Translations under genes and position numbers: made by a program
In this document: piece by piece, positions 54,566-63,756 of the stretch
Numbering within the stretch: the first letter of the stretch is position 1
Layout: each line of letters begins with the position of its first letter
NCBI GenBank assembly: GCA_963668645.2
Contig: CAXXWC010000019.1
Coordinates: 288,001-352,000 of the forward strand
Origin: Desulfobacterales bacterium
GTDB lineage: Bacteria; Desulfobacterota; Desulfobacteria; Desulfobacterales; UBA2174
Reading direction: 5' to 3'
Length of the DNA stretch: 64,000 nt
The notes under the pieces: model-generated
Told to the model about the DNA's origin: nothing
What the model saw: only the letters and a program-made list of their open reading frames with translations
Databases searched by the model: none

Positions 54566-55973
54566 ATAAAAATATGCGGTTATAAATGTCGAGATAAAAC
54601 TTAAGATTGAGATCTATCGGGACTATCATGTTTAGCAAGAAAAGTAATATTAGTACGTAAAGCATAAACACCACAGCTCTAACATCTTTGTAAGTATTAA
54701 TTGCTTTTTCAAGTGGTTTGGTTACAAGTTCTTGGTATTCGTTTTCTTCTATAAAACCGTATAATCTTTTATGCCATTTTTCTCTGTTGAGTTTTGTAAT
54801 TTTTATAAATTTTGCGTTCGAATATAGCATTACGATTAGGCTAACGGAGACATATATAAGAATGATAGTTACAATAATTATTACGGCGCTATGGGAAAAA
54901 TTGGTGTCTTTTGGAGAGAACTTGATGACGGCTACTGCAAGTGCAATAATAAAATCTCTCCAAAGTGCGTTGGTAAGCTTTTGGACATTGTTATGAAAAC
55001 GATCAACATCATCTTGAAGAGTTTTCTTTAAGCCGACAAGTTGTGCGAAGTATTCTTTTGAAACACCTTTTAAGTGGAGGCTATATGCTTGTCTTGCATT
55101 TGTTAGTGCTGTTGTAATTTTGTCTTTATCTGGCCATAATGTGCTGTCATTCCACTCCAGTGATAAATGACAGTTTAGAAATGAATGTTTGCTTTCTGAC
55201 TCCTGTTTCGAAGAATAGAGCCATATTGCACAATCATGAACAACATCAAATGCATCATACCATGGGTTTTCGCTATCGGAATGAAATTCTATCTTTCGAA
55301 GACGATCTCCCTTGGAGCATGCGAATATAGCATCTCCTTGGGTTTCTATTTCGCTAGGTATCGCATAACATAATTTCCTGCACGATTTGACTTTCCATAG
55401 TTCGAGCACGTTTGATGAGTATTCAGGTGCATGATATAGTAACCATGGCCTCAAGTCATTTGGTATTTTTCCGGTTGCTGTCAGATCTCGGGTTATTTTA
55501 AGTGGATTGTCAAACCCAGACCATTCAGGGATTTTGTATGGAGCAGATTTTTCCCAAGGTAGGTACCATGCAGAATACGAAGCAAATGGATCAAAGTCAC
55601 AGCTTATAAATATGTTGTGTGCATCTTGTATGAAGGATGCATTAGTTAAAGCGATCTTTAAACCTTCTATAGTAAAAAAATAGTAGCTTCCATTTTTGTT
55701 GGGCTTGTTTATCGATAGCCATATTTTTTCATCCGCAATGTCTGATGCATCGAGATCACTGATATCGCAGTTACCCGATGTCGCCCCCACAACCAAGACG
55801 GCCCCGCCTCCTAATGCTGAAAGCGTTGTATTTAACTCCTTAAGTCGACGTAACGTATCGTTGTTATTTATTTTAGTTCCATTTATTTTCAAGCTGTTAT
55901 GGTCTTCAGAAAGGGATGCCCCTGAGACATCTGCTAACCTGGTGAATATTTCTTTGGCGTCATCTATAATCAT
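54540..55973 (-). CDS. AT-rich hypothetical protein with a soluble N-terminal region, helical segment and about 3 C-terminal TM helices; last codons come from the IS
   Basis: 477-aa ORF; ATGA overlap with the upstream gene; hydrophobic stretches FIIALAVAVI, VIIIVTIILIYVSVSLIVML, VVFMLYVLILLFLL. Confidence 0.8.
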   Translation of the reverse strand: MIIDDAKEIFTRLADVSGASLSEDHNSLKINGTKINNNDTLRRLKELNTTLSALGGGAVLVVGATSGNCDISDLDASDIADEKIWLSINKPNKNGSYYFFTIEGLKIALTNASFIQDAHNIFISCDFDPFASYSAWYLPWEKSAPYKIPEWSGFDNPLKITRDLTATGKIPNDLRPWLLYHAPEYSSNVLELWKVKSCRKLCYAIPSEIETQGDAIFACSKGDRLRKIEFHSDSENPWYDAFDVVHDCAIWLYSSKQESESKHSFLNCHLSLEWNDSTLWPDKDKITTALTNARQAYSLHLKGVSKEYFAQLVGLKKTLQDDVDRFHNNVQKLTNALWRDFIIALAVAVIKFSPKDTNFSHSAVIIIVTIILIYVSVSLIVMLYSNAKFIKITKLNREKWHKRLYGFIEENEYQELVTKPLEKAINTYKDVRAVVFMLYVLILLFLLNMIVPIDLNLKFYLDIYNRIFLWLFAVSCG

Positions 55974-56974
55974 TGCTCTTCAATAAGCTTGGTTGTTTCT
56001 ATCGTTATTACTGTTCTGTTATGTGAATCGCCTTCTTTTATTTTGCATAAATCAGTAGCCGTTTCTGGTATTTTGATTTGAATCCCTTCTTCTGTGCTAT
56101 ATCTCTTGGGCCCTTTTCGTTTTGCAACAGTTTTGTCGAATTTAAAAGACTCGCCTACTAAATCTCTTTTCGCAAGCGCCTTTTTATAATAGGTATAAAT
56201 TTTGTCCGATCCATGTGGGCCAAGCACTCTACGGAAGAAGTCCTCTTCATCAAAATTTTCGAGCTTTTCGATAGCATCTGGTATTAGAACAGTTTTAATT
56301 TTTGATGTTATTTCTTTTGGCAATTGTCTTTGATGATGTTTGACAGTTTCTACCATAACCTCAATAATGGTCGTAGTCCTTTCTTTTGCGGTGTATTTGC
56401 GTTTAATATCAAGAAAATCCTTAAAAAAATCTGAAATGTCGATATTAACCTTTCGATCAGAAATTAGTAGTTCTCCGCCCATATCGGATAATTCAATTAT
56501 TGCCGATTTATGCAATGATTTTTTTGACTTTGTAAAGCTATTAGAGATCTCTTCTAGAATAGCTTTTTTGCCGGCCTCATCGAGGCTGTAGCGTAAAACT
56601 TTTTCGTGATCATATTTTATAATTGAAAATAGGGTTATGTCCTTAGATTTCAGCAGCACAAGAATAAAGACCCCCGGCTTAATTCGATTGTCCTTTGATG
56701 AATGAAAGCGCTCTGCAAGCTTCTTAGAGTTTGGAACAAAATATGTTAAATCTTTTTCTATCTGCTTTAATAGCTTACGAGTCAACGAGCTATTGTTGAA
56801 CGAAAAACGGTTCCCTTTCGCAGTTTCAGCGACGCGATCAAGGAAAAATTCTTCATGTTCTCCAACTGGTGTTTCATTTAATAAAATAGGTTCTTCTTTG
56901 CCGTGCTGTACTACATGAAAAATGAATCGTTCTATTCGCCATTCATAATCCGTATATTGACTAAGTATAGACAT
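55970..56974 (-). CDS. Nucleoid-associated protein NdpA/YejK-like (tentative)
   Basis: 334 aa (NdpA-like size), IERFIFHVV start, LAERFH...G.FI, IIKYD, LHKSA.I, DISDFF.DFL; GAGGAG RBS. Confidence 0.6.
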   Translation of the reverse strand: MSILSQYTDYEWRIERFIFHVVQHGKEEPILLNETPVGEHEEFFLDRVAETAKGNRFSFNNSSLTRKLLKQIEKDLTYFVPNSKKLAERFHSSKDNRIKPGVFILVLLKSKDITLFSIIKYDHEKVLRYSLDEAGKKAILEEISNSFTKSKKSLHKSAIIELSDMGGELLISDRKVNIDISDFFKDFLDIKRKYTAKERTTTIIEVMVETVKHHQRQLPKEITSKIKTVLIPDAIEKLENFDEEDFFRRVLGPHGSDKIYTYYKKALAKRDLVGESFKFDKTVAKRKGPKRYSTEEGIQIKIPETATDLCKIKEGDSHNRTVITIETTKLIEEQ

Positions 56975-57073
56975 ACCATCTCCTCATATTGAACTCAATA
57001 GAGATTAAATGAAGAATTATCTAACTATATGTCACAATTCGTCGAGTATTTATGAAAATTATAGAAAATAATT

Positions 57074-57370
57074 CTATTCAACTCTGACAAGCTGCCGGGC
57101 GAACCAGATGACTTGGCCGAGGACGCGGATGTCTTTGATACTGGCTTCGTAGGGCGTGTATTCGGTGCGGCTGTCGTTGATCACCATTATCTTCCCTTCG
57201 GCCAACATCTCCAATAAATCAAGCCGTAGTGAATCCGCTTCCATCTTTGGTCGATTATCACACATCGCCGCCATAGAGTCTCGGCTCCATGCTGTCCCCT
57301 CGCACCGCCATCAAGACCAAGCTGTCAGTGCTGGTCCCTATTTTGTTTAACAAAACCAAATATGTCCCAG
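57074..57370 (-). pseudogene. Degenerate S24-peptidase (CI/LexA-like) phage repressor
   Basis: LVLMAVRGDSMEPRL..GDV then a stop and frameshift into ..IRVLGQVIWFARQL; HTH not detectable. Confidence 0.8.
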
Positions 57371-57649
57371 CCGCGATAATAACCGTGGCCGCCCCTAAAT
57401 TCGAAGGCCGCCCGGCGGCACGATCAAATGTATGGCCGCCGCATCTGCTTACAGGAAGCGGCTGAACAAATTTTTCATTAGAACCATTAAACCAAGGTTT
57501 TGGATAATGCAATGCCTAAAAATCGACAGAAATTAGGCCAAAGTCAACAACGGCTGGACTTCACCCGGAAGCCCCAGGTTCACCGATATGTGAAGGCCAT
57601 GATTACGCTTTAAAAGGCTCTCGTCGCACCGCATCCGAGCCAACCGGTG

Positions 57650-58030
57650 GAGAACGCGTTCGCAAGCCTGCATTGTAGATCGCAGCCGCAGTCAAGCAGG
57701 CCATCCGCGATTGGGGCGGATCTCGTGAGGATCTGGTCGAACGGCTCAATGTCTATTCCGGCCGGACACCTGAAGGAGCCCGGACCGATCCTTCCACCTA
57801 CCGGCAGCCTTTATCCATCCACATGCCCAACAACCATTTTAGCAAGCCCACCGATCACCCTCTGCCTGCCTACGACCTTTACGCCATACACCAACCCCAC
57901 CAAGTCCTTTGACCCGGCTCAAGCCATCGTGGCGGCCGAGGGAGCCTGGGTCCCCTGGCACCGAACTGCGGCAGATTCCCCAGGGCAAGATCGAAGAGAC
58001 GCTTCACCAGATGCGGTAATTAAAAATGAA
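57650..58030 (+). pseudogene. Degenerate phage regulatory (CII-like) gene
   Basis: Frame 57679-57912 IAAAVKQAIRDWGGSREDLVERLN...LSIHM.NN..SKP...PAY, then a frameshift into PAQAIVAAEG; divergent from the cI remnant. Confidence 0.4.
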
Positions 58031-58103
58031 CTGTAGGGCCGGAGGTAAACGATGGAGAACCACGCCCCTCCCAGTCCGTGCCCCAATCCGGTCATTTTGC
58101 CAC

Positions 58104-58276
58104 CCGGGACAGATTTCCCGCAAAAGAGGACATCTGTCGATGCCGGCGAGACGCTTGTCCCGTATCGCGGCGCACGGCCCTAAAGCGGCTCAATGCCCTG
58201 CCGGCACCTGCGGGCGCTGAATAGCGGTGCGCTTCTCCTTGACCTCCCTCTGTAAGCGGCCTGGCATATCTCTTGC
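58104..58276 (+). promoter_or_regulatory. Sigma54 promoter with upstream activator site
   Basis: TGGCATATCTCTTGC at 58262-58276; UAS CCGGGACAGATTTCCCGC-N5-AGGACA at 58104. Confidence 0.78.
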
Positions 58277-58413
58277 TGGAAACCGGTTGTACTGCCGACA
58301 TCTGACGCTTGCCCAACCCAGCCTCGCTGCACCGGGAGTGGCCGGTGGGCTGCCGTGGCCGTTTTCGGGCTTTGCATCATCTCGGCGCATATCCACAAGT
58401 CCGGGAGGAAACC

Positions 58414-59484
58414 ATGAGCATCCCCGCAACGATGCATGCCGCCGTAACCACAGAGTACGGAAAAATTGAATGGCTGGAAGTCCCCGTGCCCAAAATCGCC
58501 GACGACGAAGTCTTGGTAAAGGTCGCCTATGCCAATATCTGCGGAAGCGATATGCACATTTTCAACGGAGAGTGGCCCCAGCGCGCCGCACCGCCCACCA
58601 TCCAGGGGCATGAATTCTCAGGATCGGTGGTCCAGATCGGCAAAAACGTCTCGTCGGTGGCCCTGGGAGACCGGGTGGTGGTGGACCCCATCCAGCCCTG
58701 CGGCCAATGCCCGGCCTGCGGGATCGGCCATTCATCGGCCTGCTCAGCATTGAAGCTCATCGGCATCGAGTACAACGGCGGTTTCGGGCAGTACGTGGCC
58801 GTCAAGGAATTCATGATTTTCCCGATCGGACCGGAGATATCAGACCTGCATGCGGCCATGGTCGAAGTGCTCTCCATCGGCTTTCATGCCTGCAACCGCG
58901 CCCAGGTCAAGGCGGGCGATGTCCTGGCCATATTCAGCGCCGGGCGCGTCGGCCACAGCATCCTGCAAGCGGCCCAGACGATCACCGGGGAGAAGATCTT
59001 CGTGGTCGACATCCTCCAGCAGCGCCTGGACGTGGCCGCTGCGGCCTTTCCCAACGTGGTTGCCATCAACGCGACAAAACAGGATCCGGTGGCCTTCATC
59101 AAGGAGCATACCGGCGGCAAAGGGGTGGATATCGCCTTCGAGGCGGTGGGCCACGACGCGCCGGTGCCAGGCCAGGTCAACCCGGTCCGCTCGGCGATCC
59201 AGGCCATGCGCGGCGGCGGCACCACCTGTGCGCTCGGTCTTTACGAAAACCCGGTGGAAATCCACATGAAGGAGATCATCTGGAAAGAGGGCCGCCTGAT
59301 CGCCTCGCGGGTCAGCCATGGCGAGTTTGTCGATGCCATCCGTGAGATGGCCGCCGGCAACCTCAAGCCGCAAGCGCTGATTTCCGCCGTGATGCCGGCC
59401 AGCCAGACCCAGGAGGCGTTCATGCGCCTGCAAAACGAACCGGAAAAGTACATCAAGATCACTCTGGATCTCAATCCTGAATGA
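58414..59484 (+). CDS. Zn-dependent medium-chain (polyol/sugar-acid type) dehydrogenase
   Basis: ICGSD.H, GHEFSG, CGQCPAC..G....C structural zinc site, Rossmann fold. Confidence 0.9.
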   Translation: MSIPATMHAAVTTEYGKIEWLEVPVPKIADDEVLVKVAYANICGSDMHIFNGEWPQRAAPPTIQGHEFSGSVVQIGKNVSSVALGDRVVVDPIQPCGQCPACGIGHSSACSALKLIGIEYNGGFGQYVAVKEFMIFPIGPEISDLHAAMVEVLSIGFHACNRAQVKAGDVLAIFSAGRVGHSILQAAQTITGEKIFVVDILQQRLDVAAAAFPNVVAINATKQDPVAFIKEHTGGKGVDIAFEAVGHDAPVPGQVNPVRSAIQAMRGGGTTCALGLYENPVEIHMKEIIWKEGRLIASRVSHGEFVDAIREMAAGNLKPQALISAVMPASQTQEAFMRLQNEPEKYIKITLDLNPE

Positions 59485-59521
59485 CCTTTCTCTGAACCAC
59501 ATGCAAGCAGCGGAGAACCTT

Positions 59522-60352
59522 ATGGACGCCACAACAAAGGGTTCCTTGAAAGCCAAGGCCCTCGAAATACGCAAGATGACCATCGACACCATCGGCTACC
59601 TGGGGGTCGGTCATGTCGGCGGTGCCATGTCGATCATCGAAGTGCTCACCCTCTTGTACTACCGCCACATGCATATCGATCCGGCCGATCCGGCCAAGGC
59701 CGACCGCGACCGGCTGGTCTTGTCCAAGGGGCACGCCGGCCCGGCCCTTTACAGCGTGCTGGCGGACAAGGGATTTTTCCCCAGGGAATGGCTGCACACC
59801 CTCAATCAGGGCGGTACCCGGCTGCCGAGCCACTGCGACATGAACCGCACCCCGGGGATCGACATGACCACCGGGTCCCTGGGCCAGGGGCTCTCGGCGG
59901 CCGTCGGCCTGGCCCTGGCCAACCGTCTCGACGATAGGCAGCGCCACGTCTACTGCATCATCGGCGACGGGGAAAGCAACGAAGGCCAGATCTGGGAAGC
60001 GGCCATGGCCGCAGCCCACTACCGGCTCGGGCATCTGATCGGATTTACCGACTACAACAAGATGCAGATCGACGGCATCACCCGCCAGATCATGAGCATC
60101 GACGATATCAACGCCAAATGGGTGGCCTTCAACTGGCACGTGCAGCGGGTCGACGGGCACGATCTGGCAGCCCTGGACGCGGCCATCGATGCGGCCAAGG
60201 CCGAAACGGGCCGGCCTTCGATGATCATCATGGATACCATCAAGGGGAAGGGCGCGGCCTTTGCCGAGGGCAAGATCAGCAGCCACAACATGCCGCTGGA
60301 CTACCAGACGGCCCTGCAAGCCATCGCCGCCATGGACGAATCGGCGGCCTGA
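59522..60352 (+). CDS. Split transketolase, N-terminal (TPP-binding) subunit
   Basis: GH.GG..S, DRDRLVLSKGHA, TGSLGQG, GDGE.NEG..WE, TIKGKG. Confidence 0.92.
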   Translation: MDATTKGSLKAKALEIRKMTIDTIGYLGVGHVGGAMSIIEVLTLLYYRHMHIDPADPAKADRDRLVLSKGHAGPALYSVLADKGFFPREWLHTLNQGGTRLPSHCDMNRTPGIDMTTGSLGQGLSAAVGLALANRLDDRQRHVYCIIGDGESNEGQIWEAAMAAAHYRLGHLIGFTDYNKMQIDGITRQIMSIDDINAKWVAFNWHVQRVDGHDLAALDAAIDAAKAETGRPSMIIMDTIKGKGAAFAEGKISSHNMPLDYQTALQAIAAMDESAA

Positions 60353-60448
60353 CGCATCCGCGCCGGGCAACCCGCCAAATCGCAAAAGAGCTCCGCGGCC
60401 TGCGGCCACCGGGGCTCTTGTTCAAAGACACCACCACCGGAGAAGCTC

Positions 60449-61408
60449 ATGACAGCCAAAGACATGCGCACCGTCTACGCCGAAACCCTCGTCGAACTGG
60501 CCGAATCAGATCGGCGCATCGTGATCCTGGAAGCCGACCTGATGAGCGCCAGCGGCACCAGGATGTTCGCAGACCGATTTCCCGAACGAACCTTTAACGT
60601 AGGCGTGGCCGAAGCCAACATGGTGGGGATCGCGGCAGGCCTTTCAGCGGCGGGCAAAATCCCTTTTGCCACCACTTTCGGCTGTTTCGCCGCGCGCCGG
60701 ACCTACGACCAATTCTTTTTGTCCGCCAACTACGCCCAGCGCAACGTCAAGCTGGTGGGAACCGATCCCGGCATCACCGCCACCTACAACGGCGGCACCC
60801 ATATGCCGCTGGAAGACATCGGCATCATGCGCAACATCCCCGGCCTGGTGGTCTTCGAGCCTTGCGACCCCGTATCGTTGAAAGCGCTGGTGGCCGCAGC
60901 AGCGGCCCATGACGGCAGCACCTACATGCGCCTGCACCGCAAAGGATCCATCACCGTCTACGATGCCTCGGAAACCTTCACCCTGGGCCGGGGCAAGGTT
61001 CTTTGCGACGGCCAAGACCTGACCATCATCGCCACCGGCCTGGTGATGGTCGAGGCGGCCCTGGCCGCGGCGCGGCTGCTCGAAAGCGCCGGCATCCACC
61101 CGGCGGTGATCGACATGCACACCATCAAGCCGCTGGATACCGAGCTGGTGCTGGACTATGCGGCCAAGACCGGCGCCGTGCTGACCTGCGAAAATCACCA
61201 GATCATCAATGGACTGGGCTCGGCCGTCTGCGAAGTGCTGGCTGAACAGCGCCCCACACCGGTCTGCCGCATCGGCGTAAAGGACATGTTCGGCGAGGTG
61301 GGCACCCTCGACTATCTCCAATCCCATTTCGGGCTCACGGCCGAGAATATCGCCACCCAGGCCAGGGCCCTGCTGGAGCGCAAATCGGCCCTCTCTTGCG
61401 GTGCCTGA
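60449..61408 (+). CDS. Split transketolase, C-terminal subunit
   Basis: EADL, NVGVAEANM, GGTH...ED, DMHTIKPLD, E.H....GLG. Confidence 0.92.
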   Translation: MTAKDMRTVYAETLVELAESDRRIVILEADLMSASGTRMFADRFPERTFNVGVAEANMVGIAAGLSAAGKIPFATTFGCFAARRTYDQFFLSANYAQRNVKLVGTDPGITATYNGGTHMPLEDIGIMRNIPGLVVFEPCDPVSLKALVAAAAAHDGSTYMRLHRKGSITVYDASETFTLGRGKVLCDGQDLTIIATGLVMVEAALAAARLLESAGIHPAVIDMHTIKPLDTELVLDYAAKTGAVLTCENHQIINGLGSAVCEVLAEQRPTPVCRIGVKDMFGEVGTLDYLQSHFGLTAENIATQARALLERKSALSCGA

Positions 61409-61461
61409 CCCATACCGCAAACCGCTTGAACCGCAGTCCCGGCCGGGCTTCAAACGCCCGG

Positions 61462-61630
61462 CCGGGACAGATGTCCCGCTTTGAAGGACACATGTTTTCC
61501 CTTGCAAGACTTTTTGCGCCCATCTCGCCACCGGGCCCCTGGCCATGGAGGATCGAAAAGCCCCGGGCGATGGCGCCCCGGCCCCTGCGGCGGCCCTCCG
61601 CCCGAAGCCGGCGTGTGGCATGTCTTTTGC
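61462..61630 (+). promoter_or_regulatory. Sigma54 promoter with upstream activator site
   Basis: TGGCATGTCTTTTGC at 61616-61630; UAS CCGGGACAGATGTCCCGC-N5-AGGACA at 61462. Confidence 0.8.
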
Positions 61631-61764
61631 TCAAGAAGCTTCACACCTGTGACAGGGCACCGAAAAACCAAGGCCGCCATTGGCCGGGTATCTGCTGAAA
61701 CCTGCGCCCTAAGATGCCCCAGGCATTCGACGCCAAGCGGCCGACAACCGTCAAAGAGGAGCAG

Positions 61765-62279
61765 ATGCACATACTGTTTCGATCCTACAGCCGGTTTCTC
61801 GATGGGGTGGAGAAACTTTTCTATCTGTTGACCTGCGCCGTATTGCTGGCCCTGTTGGCCGTTACGGTGGGCGGGATCGTGTGCGACATGATCCTGGCCA
61901 TCTCGCTTCCCTGGGTCGAGGAAACCATGGTCCTTCTTTTCGGCTGGGTCATTCTTCTCGGCGCCGGGCTCATCATGCGCGAGCACGGCCATGTGGGCAT
62001 CAGTGCCCTGATCACCCTGGTGCCCCGGAAGATTCAATCGGCGGTCTATTTCTTCAACCTTTGCCTCATCCTGTGCGTGCCGTGGCCATGGTCTATTTCG
62101 GCGTCGATGTGACCCTTTACGCCGGGGCGCGCCAGACATCCTTATATCTGGATATCCCTTTTTCCTATTTTTACGGCGCGGTGCCTGTGGGCGGGTCCCT
62201 GCTCCTGCTTTTTTGCCTCGAAGGCTTTTACGATTACCAGCGCGGAAGAAAAGCCATGTTCGACGATCTGGAAGATTAA
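61765..62279 (+). pseudogene. TRAP small permease (DctQ) with a 1-nt frameshift near 62079
   Basis: First frame gives WVEE..W...LGA...HV; the C-terminal TMs (AVAMVYFG, YGAVPVGG) continue in another frame. Confidence 0.8.
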
Positions 62280-62390
62280 GAATCGTTCGGCGGCACCTGG
62301 CGCCGGGAAAAATCGAAGCCGCGCCGGGCCCCATGGCGGCGCCGGCGGCGGTGACATGAACCTCGACAAGTTGAAATACAAGGTTACTCA

Positions 62391-63692
62391 ATGCTGGCAA
62401 AAATCTTTACCCTTTTGATTCCCCTGATGGCTATCGGCCTGCCGGTGGCCTTCTGTCTCACCGTGGTCACCATGGTGATATTTTTAAATCTCGGGTTGCA
62501 GGATCCAAGCAATTTCAGGCTGTTCATGCAGATTCCGCAGCTGCTCTACTCTCCGGCGGAAAACCTTTTGCTTCTGGCGATCCCGTTCTTCGTAATGACC
62601 GGCGAAGTCATGAACCGCTCCCGGATCACCGACAAGGTCATGAATCTGGCATCCGTGCTGGTGGGCTGGTTGCGCGGCGGGCTGGCGCACAGCAACATCG
62701 TCGCCAGCATGCTCTTTGCCGGAATCACCGGATCGGCGGTATCGGACACGGTGGCCATCGGCAGCGTGATGGTGCCGGCCATGGAAAAAAAGGGCTACGA
62801 AAGAAATTTCACCGCCGCCGTAACGGCCGCCAGCTCGGTGATCGGGCCGATCATACCGCCGAGCATCCCCATGCTGATCTATGCCTCGGTGATGAACGTT
62901 TCCGTCGCCGGTCTGTTTCTGGGCGGAATCCTGCCCGGGCTGCTGGTCGGCATCTGCCTGATGATCATCACCTGGGTTCTGTGCACAAAGAATGACTTCG
63001 GCGACCGCGAACCTTTTCCCGGTTTGAAAATGTTCATCAGGGCCGTTGTCCAGGGCGTGCCGGCCCTGTTGCTGCCCGTGATCATCATCGGCGGCATCCT
63101 CAGCGGCTTTTTCAGTCCCACCCAGGCCTCGGCCGTGGCCGTGGCCTACGGCTTGGCCATCGGCTTTTTATTCTATCGCACCCTGACCCTCAAGGATCTG
63201 TACCCGATCCTCAAAGCGACGGTCCGGGCCACCGGCATGATCGTCTTTATCCTGGGTGCGGCCCAGTGCTTCAGCTGGCTGGCGACCTATTACAACCTGG
63301 TGGAAGCCTCCACCAAGGCCTTTCTCTCCATTTCCGACAACAAGTACGTCATTTTGCTGATCATCAACGCCATCCTGCTGGTGGTGGGCATGTTCATGGA
63401 CATGTCCTTTGCCATCATCGTGCTCGGCCCGCTCATGGCTCCGGTGGCCTACAAGTTCGGAATGGATCCCATCCACTTCGGCTTGATGATGTGCGTCAAC
63501 CTGACCATCGGCCTGGCAACCCCGCCCTTCGGCCTGATCCTCTTTGCCATCTGCGGGGTGGTGGAAGTCAACATGGCCAAGCTCAGCCGGGCCCTGCTCC
63601 CTTTTCTGCTGGCCGAACTGATCGCTTTGCTGCTGATCACTTACGTACCGTTTTTTACAACATTTTTGCCGCGGTATTTCGGATTCATGTAG
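62391..63692 (+). CDS. TRAP transporter large permease (DctM)
   Basis: LAIPFF, GGLAH.NI, GSAVSD, IIPPSIP, GLATPPFG. Confidence 0.93.
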   Translation: MLAKIFTLLIPLMAIGLPVAFCLTVVTMVIFLNLGLQDPSNFRLFMQIPQLLYSPAENLLLLAIPFFVMTGEVMNRSRITDKVMNLASVLVGWLRGGLAHSNIVASMLFAGITGSAVSDTVAIGSVMVPAMEKKGYERNFTAAVTAASSVIGPIIPPSIPMLIYASVMNVSVAGLFLGGILPGLLVGICLMIITWVLCTKNDFGDREPFPGLKMFIRAVVQGVPALLLPVIIIGGILSGFFSPTQASAVAVAYGLAIGFLFYRTLTLKDLYPILKATVRATGMIVFILGAAQCFSWLATYYNLVEASTKAFLSISDNKYVILLIINAILLVVGMFMDMSFAIIVLGPLMAPVAYKFGMDPIHFGLMMCVNLTIGLATPPFGLILFAICGVVEVNMAKLSRALLPFLLAELIALLLITYVPFFTTFLPRYFGFM

Positions 63693-63756
63693 CCGCGGCG
63701 ACAACGCGATTCACAGCAGCACCGTACCTCAACCCCATCGTTAAAGGAGAGTATCT

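Noticed and set aside
52336..58100. Intact integrative element with attL/attR
   Set aside because: No integrase and no repeat of the tRNA 3' end were found by eye.
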